Shown here in pieces: positions 18,358-27,629 of a DNA stretch of 64,000 nucleotides. Position 1 is the stretch's first letter. Every line of letters starts with the position of its first letter. Source of the DNA: an uncultured Pseudomonadota bacterium (GTDB lineage: Bacteria; Pseudomonadota; Alphaproteobacteria; JACZXZ01); contig CAVVLJ010000002.1 in the NCBI GenBank assembly GCA_963749075.1, positions 96,001 through 160,000 on the forward strand, given 5' to 3'. A model generated the notes under the pieces. It worked only from the letters and a program-made list of their open reading frames with translations. It searched no databases and was not told the DNA's origin. A program made the position numbers and the translations under genes.

Positions 18358-18366
18358 GCCGCTCCG
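18296..18366 (+). repeat. 71-bp direct repeat, copy 1
   Basis: 69/71 identical to 21354-21424. Confidence 0.95.
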
Positions 18367-21293
18367 CCGTTTTCTTGGACCGCTGCGCGATCGCGAGCCA
18401 AGTTGAGTTCCAAAAGCCGCATGAGCACTTCGTCTTTACCGAGCTCCATAGGCCAGCCGTAAGCCGCAGCTACGGCCTCGTCCAATGCGCGGTGCGCATC
18501 TGCAAGCCACTGCGGACGGGCATTGTAGAGATTCGTGAGGGTGCGCTTACGTAGCTCCCGCTCCGCCTTCGGACCGAGCGGTATTTTCCGATCCGGAAGG
18601 CCCGGTACGACCTCCGGCTCGCTCCGCTGCGTATCCTCTGGATTGAGCCAGGTCTCCCGCAGCTCGTTCAGCCGCCGCGCAGCCGACGCGATTTTGGTCG
18701 CCCGCGGTTCGACAATGAAGCTCGCGGCCGGAATGTTGGGTGAAAGTCCTTCGGGGAACGGGAATGTTTCGAACGTCGTCGAAGGCGTGTATCGCGGCCG
18801 ATCCTCAAGGCTGGTCCCCATCCGCAACGACCATAGTTCGTGAAAACGAGAATGGAGTATCCCAAAGGTCGTATCGTCATCTCGGGCGCAAATGATAAGC
18901 TGGCTGTCTGGCATGATCGCGGCCGGCATCCACACGAAAAGGCGATGTTTCGCCACGCGTGGAGTCGCTATGTAGCGCGAGAGGCCCGCCAAGGCACGCC
19001 GCATCGAAACCCGTGGCTCGACGAACCGCCACCAATAAACTCTGTAAGCCTCGCGACGGTTCTTCTTGCGGTCGGGCCAAACCACCTTCTTCACATATTC
19101 GAATGGCGCCTCGTACAGCGACGCCTCGGCTTGGCTCATATCCGTTCCGAAATCGATAATCCATTTGCCCGCAGGCCAACGGGTATTATCCATGCCGTTG
19201 GCCCACGGTTTCACGACGTCAGCGTTGGGCCGGCCATTGGGGTTGAGCGGCAAGGCGAGCCATTCGCGAGCGAGTTGGCCGGGTATGTCGAAGCCGCCAC
19301 CTTTCGTGGTACCCATGAATGAGATGCCGCGATTCTCCGCCAGGCTGCAAGCCTTGGTCAAATCAAGGGCGTCTTCGCTCGCTTGTTTCTGCGCCGTCAG
19401 GTCGGAATAGATCTCCGCGACTTCAGCGCCGTCCAGTCTGGGTGGCTCTCCTGCGAGTTGGTCCTTGGGCGTAAAGCATATGAGCGACACGCGCACGGCT
19501 ACGCCCTTGATGACCCATTTCTCATCCGACCATGCCTCAAAGATGGTCGCGGTGTCGCGGATTCGGTCCAGCGTTCGCCGATTGGCGCCACCGCGTATCG
19601 AATTCGTTGCAACGAGCCCCGCGCGGCGGACGCGTCCGCCTTCCATCATGGCACGCGCCTTCTCGAACCAGTACACCACGAGGTCGGAATTGCGGGAGAC
19701 ACGTCCCTCGAAGGCCGTCCGTAGCCGAGTCACGTAATCCTCGCGTAGCGTTCCGATCATTCGCTTATTGCCGAGGAAAGGCGGATTTCCGATGATGAAG
19801 TCAGCCTCCGGCCAGGATGCCTCCCACGACCCCGAGCTCAGGATCGCATCGCGGCACTGGATGCCTTCGAGCACATCCAGAATCGGGCGGCGCCTCACTG
19901 CAATGCCGTTTCGCAATTGCCATTGAAGCTCGCCGATCCAGATCGTGACGCGCGCGAGCTCGGCGGCATATGGGTTGATCTCGATGCCCATAACAGCTTT
20001 CGGACCGATACGTTGGCCGTCGGCCGGCAGACCCATGGCCTGGGCTTCTTGGCTGACGGCAAGATCGAAATTCTTCAAGTGAAAGAGTGCCAGATAGAGG
20101 AAGTTTCCCGAGCCGCAAGCCGGGTCTAGAACGCGGATTTTCCCGAGGCGCTTGCGAAATTCGAGATATCGCTTCTCCCGCGCAGGCGCCTTGAGCTTCG
20201 CGATTTCACTTTTGAGCGCCGTCCATTCGTCGCGCAGGGGGCGCAGCACAACCGGCTCGATGATCTTCATGATCGTCGCCGGATCGGTGTAATGGACGCC
20301 GACCCCACGGTCGGCCGCGGCCTTCTTAAAGGGAAGCGTTGCAGTGAATCGGCTGTCGTCCTCCAAGGGCTCGTCGAAAAGGCTCGCCATCTCCTTACGG
20401 CGTTTGGGGTCGAGCCCGACCTCGAACAACGTGCCGTAGATGGAAGGCTCAATGGCCAACCAATCGAGACGAGCAGCCACTGCAAGCCTGCGAATGTCGA
20501 AAAATTTAAGGGGCAGAACGTCGTCGTCGTCGAAGAGGCCGCCATTGAACCAGGGTATCGGTGTTCTCCCAAATCGCCCCTTGTCCGAGCGCATCGCTGC
20601 GAAAAGCTCACGCAGCATGTCCGTGCAATCATCCGGTCTCTTGGTTGATGCCTCCACGATTTCGGCGAAGACACGGTCCGGCAGTAGCCCGATGTCCTCA
20701 ACGAACATGCTGAAAATGAGCTTATTGAGAAAATGCGCGATGCGCCGAGGATCGAAGCCGCGCGCGGCAAGTTGCTGGGCGATCGTGGCGAAGGCGCGCG
20801 CGGCTTCGGCCGTAACGGCTTCGCGCGTCTTGTTGGGGCGCAAATAATCTGGATTGGTAAATGCCCACTCGAGGAGCCGCACCTTCTCGGGACTCCGCAG
20901 GTCCGCGAGGCCGATTATGTGAGTTTGTACGATGGAATTTGTAAAATTCGTGTGGATACGAATTTCTTTCATGTCAGAAACGATCAGGATCGGGGGGTTC
21001 TCCAGCGCATCCGAATATTCCTTCAATTGGCTGTATGCCTTGACGAGACTCGATTTCTTTCCCTTGTACTCCCAGGCAAAGCATCCCTTCTTCCATACGT
21101 CAACGCGGCCAGGCCGTCCGTCGTTCTTCAGCAGCGATTTCTCGAAGGTGAAGCTCTTGCCGGTCGGGTCGGCCTTTGCCGGGGCTTCGACGCCGAGAAG
21201 TTCGCAGAGATCGAGGAAATGCTCTTTCGAGGCGGCCGACTCCGAAAGCTCGGCTTTGCCCCATTTCTCGATGAATTCCTGTGTCGTGATCAT
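18354..21293 (-). CDS. MmeI-like (Type IIL/IIG) fused restriction endonuclease-N6-adenine methyltransferase
   Basis: N-terminal PD-ExK (RVDVWKKGCFAWEYK), PWFNGGLF, motif I LDPACGSG, motif IV GNPPF, C-terminal TRD with RYTPSTTFETFPFP and LTNLYN..AH..LD.AV..AYGW. Confidence 0.92.
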   Translation of the reverse strand: MITTQEFIEKWGKAELSESAASKEHFLDLCELLGVEAPAKADPTGKSFTFEKSLLKNDGRPGRVDVWKKGCFAWEYKGKKSSLVKAYSQLKEYSDALENPPILIVSDMKEIRIHTNFTNSIVQTHIIGLADLRSPEKVRLLEWAFTNPDYLRPNKTREAVTAEAARAFATIAQQLAARGFDPRRIAHFLNKLIFSMFVEDIGLLPDRVFAEIVEASTKRPDDCTDMLRELFAAMRSDKGRFGRTPIPWFNGGLFDDDDVLPLKFFDIRRLAVAARLDWLAIEPSIYGTLFEVGLDPKRRKEMASLFDEPLEDDSRFTATLPFKKAAADRGVGVHYTDPATIMKIIEPVVLRPLRDEWTALKSEIAKLKAPAREKRYLEFRKRLGKIRVLDPACGSGNFLYLALFHLKNFDLAVSQEAQAMGLPADGQRIGPKAVMGIEINPYAAELARVTIWIGELQWQLRNGIAVRRRPILDVLEGIQCRDAILSSGSWEASWPEADFIIGNPPFLGNKRMIGTLREDYVTRLRTAFEGRVSRNSDLVVYWFEKARAMMEGGRVRRAGLVATNSIRGGANRRTLDRIRDTATIFEAWSDEKWVIKGVAVRVSLICFTPKDQLAGEPPRLDGAEVAEIYSDLTAQKQASEDALDLTKACSLAENRGISFMGTTKGGGFDIPGQLAREWLALPLNPNGRPNADVVKPWANGMDNTRWPAGKWIIDFGTDMSQAEASLYEAPFEYVKKVVWPDRKKNRREAYRVYWWRFVEPRVSMRRALAGLSRYIATPRVAKHRLFVWMPAAIMPDSQLIICARDDDTTFGILHSRFHELWSLRMGTSLEDRPRYTPSTTFETFPFPEGLSPNIPAASFIVEPRATKIASAARRLNELRETWLNPEDTQRSEPEVVPGLPDRKIPLGPKAERELRKRTLTNLYNARPQWLADAHRALDEAVAAAYGWPMELGKDEVLMRLLELNLARDRAAVQENGGAA

Positions 21294-21353
21294 ATGATTT
21301 GCGGAATGCGTCAGCGGGCGTGGCTGAGAAAGACACCCACGAACAAAAGGCCC

Positions 21354-21424
21354 GTCAGCGCGAGCTCCGCGATGTGGCGGGCATTGAGATAGGCGATGTG
21401 GATCGCTTGCATCACGCCGCTCCG
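21354..21424 (+). repeat. 71-bp direct repeat, copy 2 (truncated duplicate of the cyclodeaminase 5' end)
   Basis: Encodes MQAIHIAYLNARHIAELALT on the minus strand, then diverges. Confidence 0.95.
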
Positions 21425-22971
21425 AGGTGTTGCTGCACCACTTCCTTGAGCCGGCCGCCCGCGACGGCTGCGGCGAGCCGCTCGATGTCCGGCGCCAGGA
21501 TGCGGTCCTCGTCGAGCGTCGGCACTAGGGCGCGCACGGCGCCGTAGACGGCGGCCATGACGGCTCCGAGGGGCGCGGGCCGGAGGTCGAGCGCCTGCGC
21601 CGCCACCATGAGCTCTATCGCGGCGAGCCAGTGGAGGCGCCCCACGATCTCGGCGGTCTTCTCGACGACGCGCGGCGCCATGGTGGCATGGTCCTCGACG
21701 CGCTCGGCGGTGTTGATGACGCCCAGGGAAGCGGGCTGGGCGAGGGCGCGGATCTCGGCCTCAAGCGCCGCGAGCGGCTTCGCCACGGCGGCGAAGCCGG
21801 TGCGCGTCTGGCCGCGCGGCGAGAGGAAGCGGGGAAGCTCGCTGAAGGCGGGCGAGAGGAGCTTGAGCGTGCGCTCGGCGGAGAGTGCGGCCAAGTGGGC
21901 GAGGGCCTGGCCGAGGTGCTCGAAGGCGAGCGCCAATGCGGTCACGTCGAAGTTGGCGGTCGACAGCATGATGAATTCGTCGCTCAGCACGAGCGGGCTG
22001 TCGCCGGCGCCGTTGAGCTCGATCTCGACCGCGTGGCGCGCCTGGGCGAGGGCGTCGAGTACCGCACCGAGCACGGGTGCCGTGCAGCGCAGGCTCAAGG
22101 GGTCCTGGAGGCGGCGCGCCGCACCCGGCTGCCACAAGGCGCTGCCGGCTAGAAGGGCGGTGAGCCGCTCGCTTGCCGCCCGCTGGCCGGGAGCCTCGCG
22201 GGCCGCAACGGCGCGCGGATGGAGCGGGCTCAGATTGGCGCGGAAGCCCTCGAAGCTGAGCGCTGCGGCGACGGCGAGCGCCTCCACCGCCGCCTCCGCG
22301 TCGATCGCGGCAAGCGCTCCCGGGCCGACCGAGGCGGCATTTGCGCTGATCAGCGCCAGCCCGTCCTTGGCACCGAGGACGACGGGTGCCAGGCCCGCCC
22401 GCCGCAAGGCCTCGGCGCTCGGCAGGGTGTCGCCGCGGTACTCCGCCTCGCCCTCGCCGAGGAGCGTGAGTGCCACGTGCGCCAGCTGCGGCAGGTTGGC
22501 CATGCCGATCGAGCCCTTGCCCGGCACCCGCGGATGCACGCCGGCATTGACGAGGGCGATGAGTGCCTCGAGCACGTGGGGCGACACGCCGGAGCCGCCC
22601 GCCGCCATCCCCGCGGCGCGCGCCGCCATGACGGCGCGCACGGCCTCGCGCGCGAGCGGCGCTCCGAGCGCCACGCTGCGGCTCAGCACGAGCCGGCGCT
22701 GGGCGGCGGCCAGCTCGGCGAGCGGCAGGCGCGTATCCACGTTGGCGCCGAGGCCGGTGGTGAGGCCGTAGACGGGGGCGTCTTCGGCGGCGAGCCGGTC
22801 GACGACCGCCCGCGCCGCCTCGACGCGGGTGCGCGCGGCGCTGCCGAGGGCGAGCCCGGCGCCGCCCCGCGCCACCGCTGCTACGGCTTCGACGCCGAGT
22901 GCCTCCTCGCCGAGCCGCACGATGCCGGCATCCGAGCGGTGCTGCGCCGCGGCATCGAGACCGACCGTCAT
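21412..22971 (-). CDS. aromatic amino acid ammonia-lyase (HAL/PAL) superfamily protein lacking the ASG/MIO triad
   Basis: VYGLTTGLG, KDGLALISAN, QDPLSLRC, EDHATM; GSIGMANL in place of GSVGASGDL. Confidence 0.88.
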   Translation of the reverse strand: MTVGLDAAAQHRSDAGIVRLGEEALGVEAVAAVARGGAGLALGSAARTRVEAARAVVDRLAAEDAPVYGLTTGLGANVDTRLPLAELAAAQRRLVLSRSVALGAPLAREAVRAVMAARAAGMAAGGSGVSPHVLEALIALVNAGVHPRVPGKGSIGMANLPQLAHVALTLLGEGEAEYRGDTLPSAEALRRAGLAPVVLGAKDGLALISANAASVGPGALAAIDAEAAVEALAVAAALSFEGFRANLSPLHPRAVAAREAPGQRAASERLTALLAGSALWQPGAARRLQDPLSLRCTAPVLGAVLDALAQARHAVEIELNGAGDSPLVLSDEFIMLSTANFDVTALALAFEHLGQALAHLAALSAERTLKLLSPAFSELPRFLSPRGQTRTGFAAVAKPLAALEAEIRALAQPASLGVINTAERVEDHATMAPRVVEKTAEIVGRLHWLAAIELMVAAQALDLRPAPLGAVMAAVYGAVRALVPTLDEDRILAPDIERLAAAVAGGRLKEVVQQHLGAA

Positions 22972-23090
22972 GCCCCCGTCCCTCCCGCCGCTTGCGGTGC
23001 CAATGCATGTTGGACGGGCCATCGAGCCATGGTCAAGGCCGCTCTCTCGTGGTTTGATAGTGCTGCATGGGCGAATGAGAGGACGAACGG

Positions 23091-24560
23091 ATGCCTGACT
23101 ACGATCTCGTCGTGCGAGGCGGGACGCTGGCGACCGCGGCCGACGTGGTGCGCGCCGACATCGGCGTCAAGGACGGGCGCGTCGTGATGCTCGGGGAGAA
23201 GCTCGGCCGCGGCGTGCGCGAGATCGACGCGGGCGGCAAGCTCGTGCTCCCCGGCGGCATCGACAGCCACTGCCACATCGAGCAGAAGTCGTCCTTGGGC
23301 GTGATGACCGCCGACGATTTCTTCACCGGCACCCGCTCTGCAGCTTGCGGCGGCACCACCACGATCATCCCCTTCGCCGCCCAGCATCGCGGCATGTCGA
23401 TCCGCGAGGTCGTCAAGGACTACCACGCCGCGGCCGGGCCCAAGGCCGCCGTCGACTACGCCTTCCATCTCATCATCTCGGACCCGACCGAGCAGGTGCT
23501 CGGCCAGGAGCTGCCGGCGCTCATCCGCGACGGCTACACCTCGTTCAAGATCTACATGACCTATGACGCGCTCAAGCTCGACGACCGCCAGACGCTCGAG
23601 GTGCTGGCGCTGGCCCGGCGCGAGGGCGCCCTCGTCATGGTGCATGCCGAGAACCACGACATCATCGCCTGGCTTGCCGAGCGCCTCCTCGCCGCCGGCC
23701 TCGCGGCACCCAAGTTCCACGCCATAGCCCACGTCAAGACCGCCGAGCGCGAGGCCACCCACCGCGCCATCAGCCTGGCGGAGCTGATCGACGTGCCGGT
23801 CCTCATCGTGCACGTCTCGGCAGAGGAGGCGATCGAGCAGATCCGCTGGGCGCAGTCGCGCGGCCTCAAGGTCTATGGCGAGACCTGCCCGCAGTATCTT
23901 TTCCTCACCGAGGACGATCTCGACCGTCCCGGCTTCGAGGGGGCGAAATTCATGTGCAGCCCGCCGCCGCGCGACAAGGCGAACCAGGAGGCGGTGTGGC
24001 GCGGCCTGGCTGGCGGCGTCTTCCAGGTCTTCTCCTCGGACCACGCGGCCTACCGCTACAACGATCCCGAGGGCAAGATGAAGCACGGCAGCTCAGCACC
24101 CTTCAAGAAGGTGGCGAACGGCGTCCCCGGCCTCGAGGTGCGCCTGCCGCTCCTCTTCTCCGAAGGGGTGGGGAAGGGCCGCATCGAGCTCACCCAGTTC
24201 GTGGCACTCGCTGCGACGAACGCCGCGAAGCTCTACGGCATCTATCCGCAGAAGGGCACCATCGCGATAGGCTCGGACGCAGATTTCGCCATCTGGGATC
24301 CGGAGCGGGAAGTGACCATCAGCCAGGCGATGCTGCACGATGCCATGGACTACACGCCCTACGAGGGGATGACGGTCAAGGGCTGGCCGGTGACCACCAT
24401 CCTGCGCGGCGAGCCGGTCGCCGACGGCGGCGAGTTCCTGGGCTCAGCCGGCAAGGGCCGCTTCCTCAAATGCGGCCACTCGCCCGCGGCGCGCCCGCTT
24501 GGCCGTGCGGTCACGCGCTTCGATGCCGTCGCCGGCCGGCTCTCCGATGCGGACGGCTGA
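23091..24560 (+). CDS. hydA: dihydropyrimidinase / D-hydantoinase
   Basis: PGGIDSHCH, GGTTT, SFKIYMTY, VHAEN, ETCPQY, SSDHA. Confidence 0.93.
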   Translation: MPDYDLVVRGGTLATAADVVRADIGVKDGRVVMLGEKLGRGVREIDAGGKLVLPGGIDSHCHIEQKSSLGVMTADDFFTGTRSAACGGTTTIIPFAAQHRGMSIREVVKDYHAAAGPKAAVDYAFHLIISDPTEQVLGQELPALIRDGYTSFKIYMTYDALKLDDRQTLEVLALARREGALVMVHAENHDIIAWLAERLLAAGLAAPKFHAIAHVKTAEREATHRAISLAELIDVPVLIVHVSAEEAIEQIRWAQSRGLKVYGETCPQYLFLTEDDLDRPGFEGAKFMCSPPPRDKANQEAVWRGLAGGVFQVFSSDHAAYRYNDPEGKMKHGSSAPFKKVANGVPGLEVRLPLLFSEGVGKGRIELTQFVALAATNAAKLYGIYPQKGTIAIGSDADFAIWDPEREVTISQAMLHDAMDYTPYEGMTVKGWPVTTILRGEPVADGGEFLGSAGKGRFLKCGHSPAARPLGRAVTRFDAVAGRLSDADG

Positions 24561-24571
24561 AGAGAGAGATT

Positions 24572-24661
24572 TAGCGCGGAGGACGCCGAGGATTAGCAGG
24601 GCGCGCGGTGGTATGATAATTACCGCGCCCTCCGCGAAACCTCGGCGTCGTCTGCGTTGAA
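24572..24661. repeat. nested palindromic intergenic element
   Basis: TAGCGCGGAGGACGCCGAGG pairs with CCTCGGCGTCGTCTGCGTTG; inner GGGCGCG(CG)GT pairs with ACCGCGCCC. Confidence 0.65.
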
Positions 24662-24712
24662 TGCTTGCAAACTGGAGCGGATCCGTGATGGCAATGCAGT
24701 GGAAATTGGACC

Positions 24713-25651
24713 ATGGCGCGTAAGCTCACGATCGGCGCTGCCCAGCTCGGCCCCATCGCGCGCGAGGAGAGCCGCCAGGCGGTGGTCAAGCGGCTCCTCG
24801 ATCTCTTGCACCAGGCCCATGCCCGCGGCTGCGAGCTCGTGGTCTATCCCGAGATGGCGCTCACCACCTTCTTCCCGCGCTGGTACATGACGGATGAGGC
24901 GGAGGTCGACGCCTTCTTCGAGCGCGAGATGCCGAACGCGGCGACGCGGCCGCTCTTCGAGGAGGCGCGCCGCCTCGGCATCGGCTTCTATCTTGGCTAT
25001 GCCGAGCTCGCGGAGGAGGGCGGCAGGAGGCGGCGCTTCAATACCTCGATCCTCGTCGGCCGCGACGGCAAGCTCGTCGGCAAATACCGCAAGATCCATC
25101 TCCCGGGCCACGCCGAGCACGAGCCCGCGCGCCCGTTCCAGCATCTCGAGAAGCGCTATTACGAGGTGGGCAACCTCGGCTGGCCGGTGTGGCGCGCCTT
25201 CGGCGGCGTCGTCGGCATGTGCATCTGCAACGACCGGCGCTGGCCCGAGACCTACCGCGTCATGGGCCTCCAGGGCGTCGAGCTCGTCATGCTCGGCTTC
25301 AACACGCCCGAGATCAACGCCGCGATCCCCGAGCCCTCGCACCACCGCATGCTGCACCACCTGCTCTCCATCCAGTCGGGCGCCTACCAGAACGGCACCT
25401 GGGTGGTCGCCGTCGCCAAGGCGGGGGTCGAGGAGGGCTGCATGCTGATCGGCGGCACCGCCGTGGTGTCGCCCGCGGGCGAGGTCGTGGCGCTCGCCTC
25501 GACGCTCGGCGACGAGCTCGTCGTCCACGACATCGACCTCGACGCCTGCCGGCCGATCAAGGACACGGTATTCAATTTCGCCAAGCACCGCCGGCCCGAG
25601 CACTATCGGCTCATCGTCGAGCGCACGGGAGCAGAGCCGCCGCCCGAGTGA
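24713..25651 (+). CDS. N-carbamoyl-D-amino-acid hydrolase (nitrilase superfamily)
   Basis: YPEMALTTFFPRW, YRKIHLPGH, ICNDRRWPE. Confidence 0.93.
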   Translation: MARKLTIGAAQLGPIAREESRQAVVKRLLDLLHQAHARGCELVVYPEMALTTFFPRWYMTDEAEVDAFFEREMPNAATRPLFEEARRLGIGFYLGYAELAEEGGRRRRFNTSILVGRDGKLVGKYRKIHLPGHAEHEPARPFQHLEKRYYEVGNLGWPVWRAFGGVVGMCICNDRRWPETYRVMGLQGVELVMLGFNTPEINAAIPEPSHHRMLHHLLSIQSGAYQNGTWVVAVAKAGVEEGCMLIGGTAVVSPAGEVVALASTLGDELVVHDIDLDACRPIKDTVFNFAKHRRPEHYRLIVERTGAEPPPE

Positions 25652-25657
25652 GGAGCC

Positions 25658-26299
25658 ATGGAATTCGATCTCTCGAGCCTGCCGAGCGCGGAGGCCTACG
25701 CCCTTCTCATCGGCGTCGTGGTGCCGCGGCCGATCGCCTTCGTGACGACGCTCGGTCCTGACGGCAAGGTGAACGCTGCCCCTTTCAGCTTCTTCAACAT
25801 GCTGTCCAACGATCCGGCGATCGTGGCCTTGGGCCTCGGTGCGCGGCCCGAGGGACCGCTCAAGGACACCGCGCGCAACATCGACGAGACGCAGGAATTC
25901 GTCGTCAACATGGTCGACGAGGAGATCGCGGAGGCCATGGTGCGCTGCGCCACCGACTTTCCTTTCGGCATGGAGGAGCTGACGATCGCCGGCCTCGACC
26001 CGGCGCCCTCGCGCATCGTGAAGCCGCCGCGCATCGCCCAATCCCCCATCAACCTCGAATGCACCCGCCACATGACGCTCGAGTTCGGCAAGCGGCGCAG
26101 CATCATCCTGGGCGAGGTGCGGCACCTCCACATCCGCGACGATCTCCTCGATGCCGGACGCCGCCGCGTGCGCCAGGAGCGCCTGCGCCTCGTGGCGCGC
26201 CTCGGCGGCCACGGCTATTGCCGCATGCGCGACCAGTTCGAGATCAGGCGCGAGAGCTACGCGAGCTGGCTCGCGCGCCAGCCGGCGACGGCGAAATGA
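25658..26299 (+). CDS. flavin reductase-like FMN-binding protein
   Basis: PRPIAFVTT, NAAPFSFFN, KDTARNI, ARLGG. Confidence 0.9.
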   Translation: MEFDLSSLPSAEAYALLIGVVVPRPIAFVTTLGPDGKVNAAPFSFFNMLSNDPAIVALGLGARPEGPLKDTARNIDETQEFVVNMVDEEIAEAMVRCATDFPFGMEELTIAGLDPAPSRIVKPPRIAQSPINLECTRHMTLEFGKRRSIILGEVRHLHIRDDLLDAGRRRVRQERLRLVARLGGHGYCRMRDQFEIRRESYASWLARQPATAK

Positions 26300-26319
26300 A
26301 TGCCGCGAGGAGGGAAGCG

Positions 26320-26988
26320 ATGACGGCGCGCATCCTGGTGATCAACCCCAACAGCACCGTGGCGGTGACGCGCGGCATCGACGAGGCGGTCGAGCCGCTG
26401 CGCCTCAAGGGCGGCCCACGCATCGATTGCGCGACGCTCGCCGAGGGGCCGCCGGGGATCGAGAGCCAGCGCCACGTCGAGGAGGTGACGCTGCCGCTCT
26501 GCCGCCTCGTCGAGCGCGAGGACAACGCGAGCGACGCCTTCGTCATCGCCTGCTTCTCCGATCCCGGCCTCCATGCCGTGCGCGAGGCGACCAAGCATCC
26601 CGTCTTCGGCATCTCGGCGGCGGGCATCTCTTTGGCGCTCAATCTCGGCGAGCGCATCGGCGTCATCGCCATCCTCAAGGCCTCGGTTCGCGCCACGCGC
26701 GCTATTTCCGCGCCATGGGGATCGCCGAGCGCATCGCCGGCGAGCGGCCGATAGGCCTCGGCGTCGTCGAGCTCGCCGACGAGGCCCGCACGCTTTCGGC
26801 GCATGCGCGAGGTGGGTGCTGAGCTGCGCGACGAGGACGGCGCCGACGTGCTGGTCATGGGCTGCGCCGGCATGGCGAAATTCCGAAGCCGCCTCGAGGA
26901 GACGCTCAAGATGCCGGTCGTCGAGCCGACCCAGGCGGCGGTCGGCATGGCGATTGCCGCCGTGCAGCTCGGCTACCGCACCGCCTGA
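26320..26988 (+). pseudogene. Asp/Glu/hydantoin racemase with two apparent frameshifts (~26690, ~26797)
   Basis: ILVINPNS and IACFSDPG in one frame, RHARYFRAMG in a second, VMGCAGM and PVVEPT in ORF 26803-26988. Confidence 0.85.
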
Positions 26989-27133
26989 GCCGTCCCTCAC
27001 CCGGCTCGCTCACGCTCGCCACCTTCTCCCGCAAGCGGGAGAGGGAATTCACGGCGCAAATCGGCCCCTCTCCCGCTTGCGGGAGAGGGAAGGGGCCCAT
27101 CGCGCAAGCGATGGGAAGGGTGAGGGACCGCTC
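26987..27133. repeat. palindromic repeat element (CCCTCTCCCG..CGGGAGAGGG type), copy A
   Basis: Termini GAGCCGTCCCTCACCC / GGGTGAGGGACCGCTC with internal hairpins; same termini as 46107-46258. Confidence 0.85.
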
Positions 27134-27221
27134 CGCCCTCAATAAATCTCTGGCTTCGCGTTTCTTCGCTCGTCGTTATCAAAGGCTTGGGGTCTATATC
27201 ACTTTGTGACATAGAAGATGG

Positions 27222-27302
27222 ATGATCGTCTACAAGAGCAGGCCGTTCGATCGGGATGCGAGAAAGGGCGGCCGTCTGATCGAGGTCGAATGCGATGAGT
27301 AA
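27222..27302 (+). pseudogene. RelE/HigB-type toxin remnant with internal deletion (26 aa)
   Basis: MIVYKSRPFDRDARK joined to GRLIEVECDE*; overlaps the antitoxin start; palindrome TATATCAC-TTT-GTGACATA upstream. Confidence 0.6.
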
Positions 27303-27597
27303 GATTCTGCGAGACGTGCACGAGGCGGCCCGCGACCTGTACGCCGCCGGAATGCTGCCCAAGACGACCATGCGTGAGTTTGACGCGCTCTGTCTCCATG
27401 TGGTGAAGAGCTACACGGCCAAGGGCATCAGGCGGATGCGCCGAAAGGCGCGCGTGAGCCAGGCTGTCTTCGCACATTTTCTGAACGTCGGAAAGACGAC
27501 TGTTCAGCAGTGGGAGCAAGGGCACAAGCGCCCGAATGGCGCCGCCCTCAAGTTGCTCGAGCTGGTCGACCGCAAAGGACTCGGTGTCCTGGCGTAA
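27295..27597 (+). CDS. HigA-like XRE HTH antitoxin
   Basis: MREFDALCL, SQAVFAHFLNV, VQQWEQG.KRPNG.ALKLL. Confidence 0.88.
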   Translation: MSKILRDVHEAARDLYAAGMLPKTTMREFDALCLHVVKSYTAKGIRRMRRKARVSQAVFAHFLNVGKTTVQQWEQGHKRPNGAALKLLELVDRKGLGVLA

Positions 27598-27629
27598 TTG
27601 CCGAATGTACGCACGTCCCTGCGCCGCCC

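Noticed and set aside
18296-21424. attL/attR of a prophage or integrative element
   Set aside because: No integrase, tRNA or phage genes between or beside the repeats
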